Below are positions 27,144-38,994 of a stretch of 64,000 nucleotides of DNA, piece after piece (the first letter of the stretch is position 1; the number at the start of each line of letters is the position of its first letter). Made by a program: the position numbers and the translations under genes. The notes beneath the pieces are model-generated. The model was not told the origin of the DNA. It did no database searches and was given only the letters and a program-made list of their open reading frames with translations. The stretch is taken from NCBI RefSeq assembly GCF_963921235.1, contig NC_086097.1, positions 220,722,001 through 220,786,000 on the forward strand, in the 5' to 3' direction. This DNA is from Mobula hypostoma (taxonomy: Eukaryota).

Positions 27144-28449
27144 CTGGAAGGACTGTTTGGGGCCCTGAATGGTGGTAAGGGAGGAAGTGTAAGGGCATGT
27201 GTAGCACTTGTTCTGCTTACACGGATAAGTGCCAGGAGGGAGATCAGTGGGGAGGGATGGGGGGGACGAATGGACAAGGGAGTTGTGTAGGGAGCGATCC
27301 CTGCGGAATGCAGGGGGGGGGGAGGGAAAGATGTGCTTAGTGGTGGGATCCCGTTGGAGGTGGCGAAAGTTACGGAGAATAATATGTTGGACCCGGAGGC
27401 TGGTGGGGTGGTAGGTGAGGACCAGGGGAACCCTATTCCTAGTGGGGTAGTGGGAGGATGGAGTGAGAGCAGATGTACGTGAAATGGGGGAGATGCGTTT
27501 AAGAGCAGAGTTGTTTGCGTTTAAATGCAGGCAAACTTTGTTTTTGTCCAGACTTTAATTTCTAATTAACTGAAATGAATTTTATTCACAATTACTCACA
27601 ACATACCATGACAATACCAAAAAAATTAAGTGACAAGAAAAAAGACCTTTCACGTGAAGTGCACAACATCTATAAATTCTCTGAACGCAAGGGGCTGCAA
27701 TCCAAAGCAACTTCCATTCTCGTTCCCTTACCTCCGCAAATATTTTCTTGCCTTATTTATAAAGTGGAACTTCAAAACTCAACAGCTATACACTCCCCGC
27801 ATGTCTTGACAGAAAAGGCTTTTAAAAAAACATGCAGCAATACAAAGCCATTGTAGCTGATCCAATCCACAAATACAGATATGGACAGATACTGACAGAT
27901 GGCAATCAGGAGGAAGATTGCTGATTATTTTTCCCCTCTCCTTCACAACGCAAGAAACCAAGCCCATTCACAAACTTCCTTCCAATATACCCACTTAGTC
28001 AGTCCAAAAAAAGACCATGTATGCCTTAGCAGTCAGTTCCTGGCAGATAGAGTACCAACTAACAATAAAGTCATCCCATCAGATACATTTCATAGAATAA
28101 AGAACTGTAAAAAAAAACCAGCAATGTTCCTGATTTCAAACTATGCCCATATACTTTGACTCAATGGCTTATTTCTGAGGCCTCACTCTTAGACACATGC
28201 AACAAAATTCTACAGATTGAGATGAATGACCAATTAATTTCAAAGACAACTTCAGTGGTTATTTACTCCCTACCCCCACCATGTAGAATTGTGCTGTACA
28301 GTTTGCAACGCCTGGCAGACAAATGCTACTTCAACATCGGGACACTACACTATTTTACTGTGGCAAACATTTTACATGGACCTCAGATTTACTTAAGCAC
28401 AGGACAGCATCTCCAATAATTCAGTACTAGCTTGAAACAGCCTCCAGAT

Positions 28450-28530
28450 CAGGAATTCCCCAACCTTTTTAACTCCATGGAGCAATACATTAAGCAGGGC
28501 GTCCGTGGACCCCACGTTGGGAACCCACTG
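28450..28530. mobile_element. hAT-type MITE, same family as 24482-24565
   Basis: TIRs CAGGAATTCCCCAACC / GTTGGGAACCCACTG; internal similarity to reverse complement of 24482-24565. Confidence 0.65.
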
Positions 28531-28639
28531 TACAAGAACTCAAATTGTGGTGGGGTTCATTCCAGCTTTGGCTGCCATGTGACAGAGTTGTTATTTTATA
28601 ATTTATTGAGCTTGTTTTGTAAACAATGATTATAAACAA

Positions 28640-29009
28640 GCTCCGAGAGAAGCTTGTGTGGTCCTGAGATCCCAAGAGCGATGCCGTCTGGAGCTATGCT
28701 CCTGGTAGGGTCACCCATGGTGGTAAGGTCGAGGGTGAGGTCCCTGACAAAGAACAATCCAACCAAGACCTCAACGGTGGAACAAGCGGACGAGGTTACT
28801 TCGAACTCAACGGCTGTGAAGGTGGATGAAAGGGGCAACAGATCCATCAACTCCAATCATCGTGGTTTCCATGCCATTGGAATCAGTTGAAGTATCGTGT
28901 GCTTCTTGGAGTGCAAAATCAAGTACACGTTAAACAAATACACGCACAGGCGTCTTCGCTCTGTACGGAACGAAGACCATTATCTTCGACCTCTGGATAG
29001 CCACGACGA
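28640..29009 (+). mobile_element. Short non-coding retroelement with RTE/Expander-like 5' UTR
   Basis: gcttgtgtg..gtctggagctatgctcctggtagggtcacccatgg..gacaaag resembles RTE 5' UTRs; 9-bp TSD TATAAACAA (28631-28639, 29010-29018); acgacga tail; CpG-rich, so probably young. Confidence 0.6.
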
Positions 29010-32000
29010 TATAAACAATGTCAGTAAAAGTATGCATGGCCAGGCATAATATTTCAATGAAAGCTCTAAGTAAAGCAGTGTTAATACTAACACTAAATTA
29101 AAAGGTATGCCAATGATTTAATGAGTTAGATACAATTGATCACTTCATTTATCTCCACTTTCCAATGAAATATCCACAGAGCAAAACTTTTAAAACTACC
29201 TTCCTTTTTTTTCCAAATAATCAATAAAGGAAAATTGTGTCATTTATTTCTGAACAGGCAAATCTGGCTCAAACAAAAAGTATAAACGTATCAATAATAG
29301 AGGTAGCATGGCCTTTCAGACATTTAATTGGTAGGGAATGACTTAAAAATCAGAAATTGAATTATCAGCTATTTTTCTAAATGTTGAAAATTCTACAGCA
29401 AAAAGACTATTAAATCAGATAGAGAATTTGATCTCAACAATGAAAAATGTTGCAACTGACTTCAGACTGAAGGGTGAGCACAGACTTGTCGACTTAAAAT
29501 AAGGATTTTTTTTAATTCAAGATTCAGATTTCGGATACAAGAAAGATCTCCTCACATTTTCAGTTCTCGCACACTACAAATGCTCCCCAAGTGATATAAC
29601 TCTCACGATGAGTTCAAGTGCTAATCAGGACCACAGCACAAATCCTAGACTTGAGAAGTCAATCTAGGGAGGCTCTACGGCTCCATGTGCCATTTTCAGG
29701 ACCTTAAACTGCAGTGCTGAATGTCTTCCCGACAGAAAGTAAAAGATCCCTTACCACTGCTGTTAAGAGGTAGAATTATCTCTAGTTGACAAATAACATG
29801 CAACTTTAAAAACAACATGACTAAACAAATGAGCTGGTCGCTAACCTTTGCAGTTTTCTGGACTTGATGGTTTAAGGTGACTGTTGTGCTACCTGTGTTG
29901 TTCCCCGCCCCATAAGTCCCAGATTCACTACTGAACTTTACACCATATTATGGAGTCGTAAGATAAACATCTGAGTTAGTTCTGCTCAATTTAAATACAT
30001 TTTCTAACAGTTTGCAAACTTGATAAAACCACATTCCATTCCCAGCAAACCAATGTTTCGATCAAAGTTAAAAGCAAGGGTTTATACAAAAGTACCGGGG
30101 AAATTGGGAAATCCCAGAAAAAACAATAAAATAAATTCAAATGAAGTCATTTTATATCATTCAAAAATGAAAATATAAAGAATTATTCCAAAAAGATACA
30201 AGAAATACACAAGTCCTTTGGGCAAATGCCTATAGTAGAGTAAATATTAGCCAACTTGTATTTTCTCCTGTAAATGCATCCAAATCCAAACAAACAGAAC
30301 TAAAATTAGTTTAACATACTGGTTTTGCATTGGTGGAGCTGTGTCCACTATGTTAGTGGGAATTCTTTCAGTTTTTGCACCTGGCCCCAGAAACCTCAAA
30401 TAAATATGGTAAAATGGCGGGCAACAGTGATGTCATAACTTTAAGGGGGAAAACAAGCAGAAAAATCTGCACTGAAAGACTAAGGAACACGCTATTAAAA
30501 AGCAACAATTAATCACGACAAACTATTAAAGATCTATATACAGAAGAGCTCCATATAATTTGAGTTCAAGCATGAATGCAACTCATAATTCATTTAGCTG
30601 CAGAATTAGGAAAAGAAATGAGCAAACATTACTGCATCTTCATCACATAATATATTTTACCAATAAGTCAGTTTCAAGTATACAAGCTCCATTATGGCAC
30701 TGCATTTGTTTTAATTAGTAAGTGGTACTCAAGACCACCAATAAGCTCAGTATTTATTGCCCATCCTGAACGATGGGAAGGGTGGGCGAAGAGGTAGTAT
30801 TTGGAAAGGATTAGCCAAAGAAATGGGTATTTCACTCATGAGGCAAAAGTAGAGAAAGCAGAAGCAAAGCTTGTAGGGCCAAATGCGCAAAGCCACGTTG
30901 CTAGGACCTTCACAACAGATCCACTGTACAGTTTCACCCAGAGTATAGCATTTCAAGTGGAAATTATAAGAACATCTAACTTACTGCAATTCAAAAAGGA
31001 CCTAAATAGCACAGCTCTTAAAATTAAATTCCTTCAATTAATGCCACATCAATCCAATTGAATCACTACTGAAATTCTAATAGGGGCATAAAACAAACTT
31101 CATATGAGGTGACTCAAAGAGCATGAAACATTAAATGGATTGAAAATATGAAGATTTAGAAAAGAAAAGTTGAAGGCATTTCACACAAACTACTATCCTT
31201 GATGTGGCAAAATGGCCTGAATTAAAAAGTAAAAGCCTTACCATATAAAGTATTGCTTTGACATGTACAGAAAATTAAGAGAGGAAAATTGAAACTCAGG
31301 AACACCCAGAAACTTATGATGTGAAAAAGGTGAATGAGAAAAATATAGAAACTATTTTGAAATGAATTCTATAGTATTGTATTGGTTATGTAATCAGATT
31401 AGTCATCCAAACTCCTGGAGCTTTGTTCCAGAAAATGCATTCAATGTTCCAGCTGTATAAGGATTCTCAAATCAATGTATTTTTTAAAAAAAATAATACG
31501 TTGAGCATAATTAATCAAACCTGATGAATTTCTGTGCAGAATCTGTATAGCTCAGTGCTGTTTATTTTTACCCATTCAAGCTTTTAACTCCAAACTAACT
31601 TCTGAAGTGGCTATTTATTTCAAGTATTTTCTCAAGGCAACTATAATTGCTGAATAAATGCATTGCCAGCAAAAACTACTTCCCGAGACATAAATGCTTT
31701 TGTAAAGTGCAAAACAGATACAGAAGTGGGCCTTTCAGCCCTTGAGTTTGGCACATCATTCTATCAGACAGTAACTTAACAGAACACCATCAGGTACAAC
31801 TTTCTGAACACACAAAATGCATCAACACAAGAGGTAATTTTTAAAAACAACTACACAGAAGGACACAAAGTGGCATTAAACCACTTACCAGGGATAAAGT
31901 CACAGGGTGGGAAAAGATGTCAAAGTTGAAAGCAGAGAATGTTAGAGAAAAACAATTGCAAAGTCTTTTGAAAGCACACCAGAAACGAATCTAAAGTTAA

Positions 32001-33764
32001 ACAGCTTTAGATTATGACAAGGTTTTGGAATGGCCAGGGGGGAGTGCAACTCGTTTATATTGAATCAGAGTAATATCCCACTCTGCTGGAGCCTCACACA
32101 TAAAAGCAAGAAATGAGCACTCAAGTTACAGACATCAACCTTGTGATTATAGGGAAAATTGCCTAAGTTTATATTTGCTGCAGAATTGTGTGCAAACCGA
32201 TTTCCAAATAACCAGATATTTGGACAGGCATCATTTATTGCCAGAAAGAAAGCCAATACAAGTTCATTCTGGATGACATGGTCTGCAATTAAAAAATGGA
32301 TTACAAATGAAACTGAATATAAAGTCACAAAGTACTTAAAGAGGAGTTATAAATGGAGTCCTAAAGCTCAAAGTTACAGGTGGCAAAAAAAATAAACAAA
32401 TTGCAGAAATGTATAATTAAAATCAGATAGCAAGTTTGTCTTTGCCATATCATATGCCTCGAAGATCCTGCTTCTTAAGAGCAGGAAAATGGTAGTGCAG
32501 TTGGCGTTGCTTCCGGAGACCCAGATTTGATCCTGACTGTACAGTCCGCATGTTCTTGCCAACACCAGCCAGGTTTCTTGCTGGTGCTCTAGCTTGCTCC
32601 CACATCCCTATAATGTGCTGGTTAGTTGACTGAGTTCTCCAAGTACTGTAATCCCTCAGTGTAGGTCATGACAACAACAACCATACATGAATTCACAGCA
32701 GTTAAGTAGTCCTTCTCTTATCTCAACACGGTTGATAGAACTTCAAAGGTTCATTTTACTATCAAAGTATGTATGCAGAATACAACTCTGAAACTTGTCT
32801 TCTCCAGATAGTCATAAAATACAGAAAACCATACTTGTAGTTGAAAGACGGATATCAACCTCGCCCCCTCCATCGCACAAAAAGAAAAAGAAACTGACAT
32901 ACAAATTTGATAGGTCTTGAAATATACAAGTACAAGCTCAATTCAGCTGATTAAAACAGAAATGCTCAATTTGGGTTTAACCAAAACCATTAGATTCAGA
33001 CCAACCAATCAGTCTGAGAGCAAACAGGAACATAAGACCTAAATTCATGAGTGATCGCACTTGACATTAAGGCAACAAGGAACTCTGGCAAAATGGGAGG
33101 CAAGGAAGGTTTCAAAGGGAAAGCACTCCAATGCTTTAAAAGTGATATATTGCACAAAGGTGGTGGTTAAAGATCAATCGTTCCTAATCCAGGACATATC
33201 AGCAGGAGTCCCTCAGAACATTGATCAGGCAGCCATCTTCAATTACCTTCCTTTCATCTAAAGTATGTCTGCTTGTTGCTTGCCAAGCATTCAGTTCCAA
33301 CTGAATCTCCTCAAACGAAACAGCCCAGATCTTTATACATCTGATGAGTGGCAAGTAGCATTCACGCCACAGAAATACCAAGAATGATTGTCACCAAGCA
33401 GAGAACACGTTACCACCTAGCCTTGATATTCAGCAGCATCAGCATCCACAAGTCCCCATGTCATCATCGGTCTGGGATTCACCATTGAGCAGAAGCTCAG
33501 CTGGATCAACAGTGGCTGAAAGACCAGTTCTGAGGCTGCATGTCTCACAATGAAGTATTCAGCACTTGTCCGATAAGTGGACTTTCAACAATTGTCAAGG
33601 AACTCAACACCATCCAGGACAAAACAGCTTGTTCAATTGGTACCCCACTTACCACTCTAAACATTCATTACTTACACAGAGACAACAATGTGTACCCTCT
33701 TCAAAACACACAGCAGTCATTTAGCTGGGCTGCTACAAATGCCATCCTTTTCTTCCAGTTTTTC

Positions 33765-34900
33765 CTGTCTCCACATCTGCTCTCAAGAAAAGGCCTTCCA
33801 TTCCAGGACATCTGAAATGCCATTTTACAGGGATCATAACTTCCCTTGGACTGTGGCTGATGCAGCCCTCTCTGACATTTCTGTTTGTCAAACTTTTGCT
33901 CACATCCTACCACTCCCCATACAAAATCATCCTCATCTTTAATGTGCCAGATGTAGAAGCTTCTAGCCTCTACATCTGGCACATTGGCCTTCATCATTTC
34001 CGCCAGCTGCAAGAAGATCACACCACTAGCCACAAATTTTCCCCACTCCTTTCTGCCTTCCCCAGCCCATTGGTACTTTCTCCTGCAACCATGGGATATC
34101 TAACCCTTGTTCTCATATCTCCTCCTTCACTACAATCCAGTCCTTCCAGGTGACACACATTTATAAACACGTCTTTCAACTGCCCGAGTTCAGTGTTCCT
34201 GATGTGGCATCCTCTACATCAAGACGAAATACATACAAAACGACCAATTTGGCCATCCTGAATCCCGATTGTTGCTTCAATTTCCATTCCCACACAAATC
34301 TGTTCACAGCCTTCTCCACAGCCAGAGTGAGACCAAATGTAAATTAGAAAAATGACCACCCACATCAAAGTTGCTGGTGAACACAGCAGGCCAGGCAGCA
34401 TCTCTAGGAAGAGGTACAGTCAACGTTTCCAGCCGAGACCCTTCGTCAGGACTCAAATGACCCCTCATATTCCGCCTGGGTTGCCAACAGCACAACAGAA
34501 ACATCGAATTTTTCAATTTCAGGGAACCATAAGCTCTTATGTCTTCCCCTTCTCTCTCAGGCCTCCTTGTTTTTGTCCCCTTCCAGCCCTCATTATGTAT
34601 TTCAATCCCTTTTCCTCCCAGTCTAACCACCCATTTCATCCACCAAATCCCCATCCCCATCCAGTTCTGCCTGCCTTTCACCTGTCCCCCAATTGTTCCT
34701 ATTAACACATTTCTTGCAGCCTTTATGTTTCTGTTTACAGGCTATCCATGGATTATAGACTACCTATTTCTGGACACATCCTACATATGAATGATCTCTC
34801 CTCACATTACTAAATTCAGAAGCCTTAATCAATACCAGAACTAGCTTCCCTTCTCTCTCCACTTTAATATAAGTGTTCTTTCTTTTCAGTTCTTATGACA
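33765..34900 (+). mobile_element. Older, degraded Penelope-like element with a younger hammerhead-bearing fragment inserted at ~34358-34455
   Basis: Remnant CLHICSQEKAFHSRTSEM matches LRHICSQDEAFHSRTREM of 45050-46043; degraded GIY-YIG downstream. Confidence 0.7.
34417..34453 (-). ncRNA. Hammerhead ribozyme motif (variant)
   Basis: AGTC-CTGACGA-AGGGTCTCGGCTG-GAAACGTT-GACTG; stem II disrupted, GUU triplet. Confidence 0.55.
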
Positions 34901-35255
34901 TTCATTACATTGGATGAATGATTACCACAAATTACACGTTCCCGTGAATTTCTATTTATGGCCAAATTCAAATTACGGACATCCATGAAAACAGAAACCC
35001 CTTGTTATTCAGGGACAGACTATCATCCTCCAGCAACGGTCTCCAACTTCACCCTCCCTTTGGATCCATCTGCCCGTGATCTGTCACCTCTCCTCAGTTC
35101 ACCAATCATATACCAGTCTCTATTTCACCCTCTATGCTTTACAACAAATCTTGGCTCTCTGCTTTTAGTCCTGCTGCAGGAATTCAACTCAAAACATTGA
35201 CAATTCCACACCCCCTCCCCACCATGTTGCTCGAGAATCCACCATCTATAGTCAC

Positions 35256-35440
35256 GCAACACACACAAAATGTGCTATTTTAACACAGCAGGCCAGGCAG
35301 CATCTATAGGAAGAAGTACAGTAAACATTTCGGGCCGAGACCCTTCCTCAGGACTAACTGAAAAAAGAGATAGTAAGAGATGAGGAAGTGGGAGGGGGAG
35401 GGATGAAGCTAAGAGCTGGAAAGTTGATTGGCAAAGTCAA
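35256..35440 (-). mobile_element. Penelope-derived miniature insertion with degenerate hammerhead
   Basis: TSD TATAGTCAC (35247-35255, 35441-35449); catttcgggccgagacccttcctcaggactaactg. Confidence 0.75.
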
Positions 35441-36059
35441 TATAGTCACTGGTGTCCATGAAGTTCAGGAAAATTCACTGTCATACGTGGTAAAAAAAAA
35501 TTATCATTCAGGGAACAACATCAGTTCTGTAGCTAAATACGTGCATTTCTAAACAGTAACGGAAATAGCAAGTCAGAACTTTTGATAGTTTGTTTTTATA
35601 CAACAGCTGAAAATATCAAATTCTCCAGAATGCGAAATACGCACTGAAAAAGAAAAAGGCAATGGTTTCCAATCACGGAGCACTTAAAGTCCTCCGCTTC
35701 CACGACTGCTCAACTTCTTGTTTCTGAACGTTATGGCGAGAATTTACTCGAACGCAAAATTAATCCTACAAATAGCCCTAACAGAAAGTAAGAATGGTGC
35801 CTGATATGCATTTGGGAAAGGAGGTTACTCCACTTTGTGCAATTCAATGGAGAGGGGCTGGTGGAACCTTGGAAGGAGCAGACAAGGAGTTGCCACCGGC
35901 CTTCCTTCAGTCAGCGTCCTCTCTCGAGGGAAGCCCCGGACTCGCCGCTGCCAGTGGGGGAGGGGGCAGAGCAACCCGTCCACTCCACACCTACGGGGAG
36001 CTGTAGTCCACCCACTCGCTCCCAGCCACCGCGGCCGCCGGAAAGAGCCCACAAACAAC

Positions 36060-36071
36060 ACTACAATTCCC
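36060..36071 (+). promoter_or_regulatory. ACTACAATTCCC motif (ZNF143/THAP11-HCF1 element)
   Basis: Exact match to the ACTACAnnTCCC vertebrate promoter motif; NRF1-like GCGCGTGCGCA (~36096), GC box (~36189) and CCAAT boxes (~36219, ~36250) nearby. Confidence 0.75.
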
Positions 36072-36819
36072 GAGAGACGCCGCGGGAATCAATCCGCGCG
36101 TGCGCACTGCGACACGTTTGTGATGTTTATCCTTACAGTTGGTGAGCCGCTCCGCGAACTGCGGCGCAACCTAACCTCAAGCGTTAACCCCGCCCCTCTC
36201 CCGAGAGCCGCCGCCGCCTATTGGCTCTCACGGCTGGATTCTCGACAGGCCAATGCCCTCCAAACTCTCCCATAGGTCAATCTCCCTATCAATCAAGGGT
36301 GTTTCCGTTCAAGTTAGGTGGAGAAACGAAGGCAAAGCTCGCATTTTGGAGAAATAGTAAACGCAATTAAAGAAAGCGGCGCCTTTCGGAGTCGGAGTCG
36401 GAGTCGGAGGCGGCTGCGGGCAGGGCCCGCCCCAGCCACCACCAAAATACCCCCGAGTAACACTGCAGCTCCGGCACTGCCATGAACAAACACACACACA
36501 CACGTACTTGGTGGCTTCGGCGAAGTTGCGAGCAGCCGAGTCGGGGAGCGGACGCCCGGCGCAGCGGGCTGCCAGATTCCCCCGGCTCTCGCACGCAGGC
36601 GGCGGCGGCGGCACCGGGCAACACAAGAGGATCAGCCTCCCCGACTCGTCCCAGCAGAAACCACGCCGCCGCCTCGGCTCCAGGGTGAGCCGCCAAAAAA
36701 AAAGAGGGCAGCAAGCGAGGCGGGCAGTCGGTGTCCGGAGGAGCAAGGGGGCAGCTTACTCACCGGCTCGGCGGGACGGGAGGGGAGGGTCACCAGGGGC
36801 AACGATTCACCAGCCTGAC

Positions 36820-36858
36820 CTTCGCTTCTGAAGACGGCCTCTCCGAGCTGTCCGCCAT
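36820..36858 (-). CDS. Candidate first coding/uORF segment MADSSERPSSEAK in exon 1 of an unidentified gene
   Basis: Kozak-like gcAacATGG in the CpG island; 13 codons then donor AAG|GTCAGG; a stronger alternative donor CCG|GTGAGT at 36764 would end the ORF inside the exon (22 aa). Confidence 0.4.
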
Positions 36859-36861
36859 GTT
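36852..36861 (-). promoter_or_regulatory. YY1 motif overlapping a strong-context ATG
   Basis: CCGCCATGTT (AACATGGCGG on minus strand); second GCCATTT core on minus strand at ~36877-36883. Confidence 0.65.
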
Positions 36862-37840
36862 GCTCCTTGTGTATTTAAATGGCAACCGCCCACAATCAAG
36901 GGAGGCGAGCGGAGGGGGAGGGACGGACGGAGAGTGGGGAGGTGGGCCCGGCCCGGCTCAGCCCAGCCCAGCCCAGCCCAAGAGCGACATACGCTGCTAC
37001 CGCCGCGGCCCCCGAAACCAGTCACCGTCTCGGCGCCGTTCACCTGGCCGCCTGGGGCTGCCAGCCCCGCAGCCGGGCGGGATGCCCATCGGCTCACGGT
37101 CCGCGTAGCCTGGAGCCGAGACTGGCAGAATTAAATCTCTTTTAATTGTTTTGTATTCCACCCCGGCACGCCACAAAACTGACCTGTTACTCTTTCTCGA
37201 AGTTGATCTTTGCAAAACTAAAAGTCTCCCAAGCTAGTGAGAGATTCACGGCTAACGTGGGCGGGTTGGAAACGTGGACTTCATCGTCGCAGCTTTGGAA
37301 TTTCTTGGTGGGATCGGGAGATGAGGGTCTTGCCGGTGTCAATTTATAGTTTATAACGTTCAGCAGCACTTAAGGATACCAAAACGAATCTTGCCTTTTT
37401 GGTGAATTGCCGAGCACCCAGAGAGGGAAATATCAAATGCGATGACAAAGCCCATTCAAGCAGCTGGGTTTTACAGATGTGATGGTTAAGTTTGGGGAGG
37501 GCACTGTCGAGTTCGGAGGCTGGGCTGCTGCCAGTTGTGGAAGGAAATGAAAGTAGAAGCTCAAGGAGCTGAAAGCAGAGGAGCGGAGTGCAGAAGCGAA
37601 TGCTGTAGTCTTGAAGAAGGTTACGCCGATAAGGAGGGGTTAAGGCCGTAAAGAGATTTACATAGAATGGGAGCTTTGTTTATCACACATGTGCAATTTA
37701 AATCTGCCTTGTCTTTGGGAGCAAAGACCGTCCGTGCTTTTTTTTAAGACCAATGTACAACAGTACTCTAAACTTACAGGTTTGCAAATATTAACACATT
37801 ATAATATTTACGATCTAAAAGCCAGCGTAATAAGGTAATT

Positions 37841-38201
37841 GGAGGGAAATAAACAGTCGACGTTTCTGGCCGAAATCCTTCATCAGGATTGAAAAGGAAG
37901 GGGACAGAAGCCAGAATTAAAAAAAAGGTGACGGGTGGGAGGAGTACAAGCCGGCAGGTGATAAGGTGAGGAGTACAAACAGGCAGGTGACAGGTAAAAC
38001 CAATCGGCTTGTACTCTTTCCCCTCCCGTCGTTTTATTCTGGCTTCTGCCCCGTTGCTTTCCAGTTTGAATGAAGTGTCTCGGCCTGAAATGTCGACTGT
38101 TTATTCACCTCCATAGATGCTGCCTGACTTGCTGGGTTCCTCCAGTATCGTGTGTGTGTGTTGCTCAAGATCCCCAGCATCTGCGAAATCTCTTCTGTTT
38201 A
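37841..38201. mobile_element. Penelope-derived fold-back insertion with two opposed hammerhead motifs
   Basis: Minus motif 37854-37890 and degenerate plus motif ~38062-38098 in inverted arms; TSD taataaggtaatt/taataagatcatt (11/13). Confidence 0.8.
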
Positions 38202-38836
38202 TAATAAGATCATTCACCGGACATAACTGTTTGGCTTGAAAGAGGAACTTAAGATGAGATCGGGAATTATGGTTTGAATTTCCAGCGCAATGTTTGAGAT
38301 TCATGCGAACGTGATTAGTAACTTAGGGACAAAGAGCAGGGTCTTATACCAAGTGTTCAGCGTTGCAAAATGTGAAATTCTGGAAATGGTGGGAGGAGGA
38401 ATATTGAACGATTGCAGAAACACGGAGAGATGCACCCAGCAATGCATTTGACTGGAGGAATTGGAGTACCTGGAAAAGTTGTGGATTAGCGAGAGGAGGA
38501 GAGTGGTGAGCAAGAATACAACTTAATATTAATTGTTTACATTTACAGAACAGGAGTTTGTTTGTCAACAGTGGAAGTATGAGGCATAAATGAAAATAAC
38601 GTGTAGATAAAGGAATTCTGATTTTTTTTTTAAAAAATGCCTTTCCTTTTCCCCTGTCTCAGTAAAAACAGAAAATGCTGGAGAGCTCAGCAGATCAAGC
38701 AGCCTGTGTAGAAAATAGAACAGTTAATGTTTCACGAACTAACTTGTTTTCTCCCTGTCCCAATTTTGATTGAGTCCTGGACCAAAAATATTAACTATTT
38801 TTCTTTACACAATGCTGCTGAATATCTTCAGCATTT

Positions 38837-38994
38837 CAAACAAGAGAAAGTTTGCAGATGCTGGAAATCAAAATAAAACACAAAATGCTGGAGGAACTTA
38901 GCAGGCCAGGCAGCATCTATGAAAAAGCGTAAACAGTCGACATCTCGGCTGAGACTTTCATCAGGACCCTGAGTTCCTCCAGCATTTTGTGTGT
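38837..38994 (-). mobile_element. Penelope-derived fold-back insertion nested in an older related element
   Basis: acacaaaatgctggaggaact ... agttcctccagcattttgtgt inverted arms; degenerate hammerhead 38934-38968; imperfect TSD tatcttcagcattt/tattttcaatattt. Confidence 0.7.

Larger units (their letters stand above)
26427..27523 (-). mobile_element. 5'-truncated Penelope-like retroelement (GIY-YIG endonuclease end + 3' region with hammerhead)
   Basis: GIY-YIG motif GVIYCVWCSRCGLLYIGETRRRLGDRFAEH..PVATQFN..LGSLQPDGMN; 13-bp TSD AATGCAGGCAAAC (26414-26426, 27524-27536). Confidence 0.9.
35890..37340. promoter_or_regulatory. CpG island / promoter
   Basis: Abrupt rise in GC and CpG density against an AT-rich, CpG-poor background; not a recognisable repeat; contains housekeeping promoter motifs. 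Confidence 0.9.

Noticed and set aside
562..36858. Assigning a gene symbol to the minus-strand gene
   Set aside because: No recognisable main coding exon falls in the window; any name would be a guess
35794..37369. Many overlapping 60-146 aa ORFs in the CpG island
   Set aside because: Expected from stop-codon depletion in GC-rich DNA; low-complexity Arg/Gly/Ala/Pro translations with no recognisable domain
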